Assembly (NCBI GenBank): GCA_030704615.1 | Contig: CM060732.1 | Coordinates: 40,052,001 to 40,116,000 of the forward strand | Source of the DNA: Takakia lepidozioides | Taxonomy: Eukaryota; Plantae; Bryophyta | Direction: 5' to 3' | Length of the DNA stretch: 64,000 nt | Shown here: positions 62,660 to 64,000 of the stretch, in pieces | Layout: every line of letters starts with the position of its first letter | Numbering within the stretch: position 1 is the first letter of the stretch | Program-made: the position numbers and the translations under genes | Notes under the pieces: model-generated | Database searches by the model: none | Seen by the model: only the letters and a program-made list of their open reading frames with translations | What the model was told of the DNA's origin: nothing

Positions 62660-63360
62660 GATAGATGTCGTCAATGATCATCGTGAAATCAAGATCATGA
62701 AGAAATTGAGTGCGTTGACGCACTCAGTTCTCCGCGGGGGGGGGGGGGGGGGGGGGGGGAGAAAAATAAAAATAAAAAATAAAAAATTTGTAATTTATTT
62801 TTTTTGGGTTTCCCCCCCCCCGCGGAGAACTGAGTGTGTCAACGCACTCAATTTCTTCATGATCATCGACAACATCGACGACGGTGGTGTGCGGGTCCGG
62901 ATTTTCACCTTGGGTACCCGGCGGGTTGGGGGGGGGGGGGGGAAAGAAAAAAAAACAAAACAAAACAAAACTTTTATTATTATTATTATTTTCGTCCCCC
63001 CCCCCCCCAGCGGAGAACTGAGTGCGTCAACGCACTCAATTTCCTCATGATAATGATTTCATGATGCTCATCGACGACATCGACGACAGTGTTGTGCAGG
63101 TCCGGATTTTAACCCCGGGTACCCGGCGGGTTGGGGAAGCGGGGGGGGGGGGGGGGGGGGGGCGGAGGAAGGCGAAAAACATAAAATAAAAAATTAATAA
63201 TAATCTTTTTTTCTTGTTTTGTTTTTTGTTCACACCCCACGGAGAATTGAGTGCGTCAACGCACTCAATTTCTTCATGATAATGATTTCAGGATGATCAT
63301 CGACGACAATGTTGTGCGGGTCCGGATTTTCACCCTGGGTACCCGGCGGGTTAGGGTTAG
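62660..63360. repeat. Array of ~190-230-bp units carrying the GAGTGCGT(CA/TG)ACGCACTC palindrome, with poly-G/poly-C and A/T spacers; first unit inverted
   Basis: Palindrome at ~62702, 62826, 63014, 63243; GTCCGGATTTT..CC..GGGTACCCGGCGGGTT occurs three times. Confidence 0.9.
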
Positions 63361-64000
63361 CATTTTTTTTATTGGCCATTTGGCCGCCTGAAAATCCCGT
63401 TGGCGAATGAAACAAATGGAAAAGTTTTCGCCAAAAACTAGGGGTCTCAAACAGGTCCTCGCCTGTGGACTCATTGGAGCAGCACAAATATAGCCATGGC
63501 GGGCCCCATGCAGGATGATCTGACGGGCCAGATGAGGAGTGGGTTTAGGATTGTGGGGCCTCCTTCGTTTCCCAAGGAGATGCTCGTCGCCGGTCTTGCG
63601 AGAACTATACACCTCATTTGTACCAATTAGCCTATTACGTAAGCTCCAAAGTGTCGAGGCTGCCACCTCCGTCGACGCAGACGCTTGGGGAACCTTCCCT
63701 ATTTTGGTTGATCACAATATTCAAGTATCTCAAAGCTTTTACGTTGCCACCTCCAACACTCCACATGCTTCCATAGGCCTAGTTTGATCTTTCAAGGTGC
63801 TCCTGTATGTTTGGCTACAACCTCCCTTCCATGGTATGCGCCGGCGCATATGCTTGGAGCTCCTTGAGCAAAAATTTCTTCAAGGGCCTCAAATCTTGTC
63901 AAATTTTGAGTTGGTTGCACATATGTGTCATATGTGCCGGCGTAGGTGGTCGGAGGTCCTCTGTCGGGATGCTCAGGCCCGTATTCTGCTCCAAGTTGTA

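Noticed and set aside
62660-63360. CRISPR-like array (palindromic repeats with spacers)
   Set aside because: Spacers are homologous or low-complexity, units are ~200 bp, context is eukaryotic, and no cas genes are present
63274-64000. Possible zinc-finger-like coding remnants on the minus strand
   Set aside because: Only vague LRRH-type peptides with stops; runs off the window edge

Overview
Nuclear DNA of a non-seed land plant. It is probably a moss or relative, inferred from the spliced genes, PLS-DYW PPR and repeat types, but not proven. Apparently intact host genes: a secreted S-protein-homologue (SPH)-like gene (3092-3559) inside a ~1.2-kb-arm inverted repeat; a class III peroxidase (12426-14256); a GIY-YIG/SLX1-like nuclease (minus, 26922-29355); a PLS-E-DYW PPR editing factor (32863-35094) preceded by exons for OSB-type PDF motifs; and two tandem ATL RING-H2 E3 ligases. 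Pseudogenes: a CDC48 fragment whose last intron holds the peroxidase gene and a divergent peroxidase pseudogene. Mobile DNA dominates the rest: a full-length decayed Ty1/copia with a half-tRNA-Met PBS (15711-20457), three hAT-type elements with 8-bp TSDs, a MITE, a Helitron-like element, LTR remnants, a tRNA-derived SINE head, and a 12.4-kb MULE. The MULE carries a SWIM/DDE transposase with an internal ~2-kb inversion and a zinc-finger/Ulp1 gene, and is nested in a hAT. The most striking item is at 57.7-63.4 kb: a spliced, decayed gene for a prokaryote-type beta-class amino-DNA methyltransferase (N4-C/N6-A). It is paired divergently with a GCM-like zinc-binding ORF and tied to a repeat array by a shared palindrome, which suggests a transposon-borne DNA-modification system. 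All calls come from reading the sequence by eye; no searches were run.
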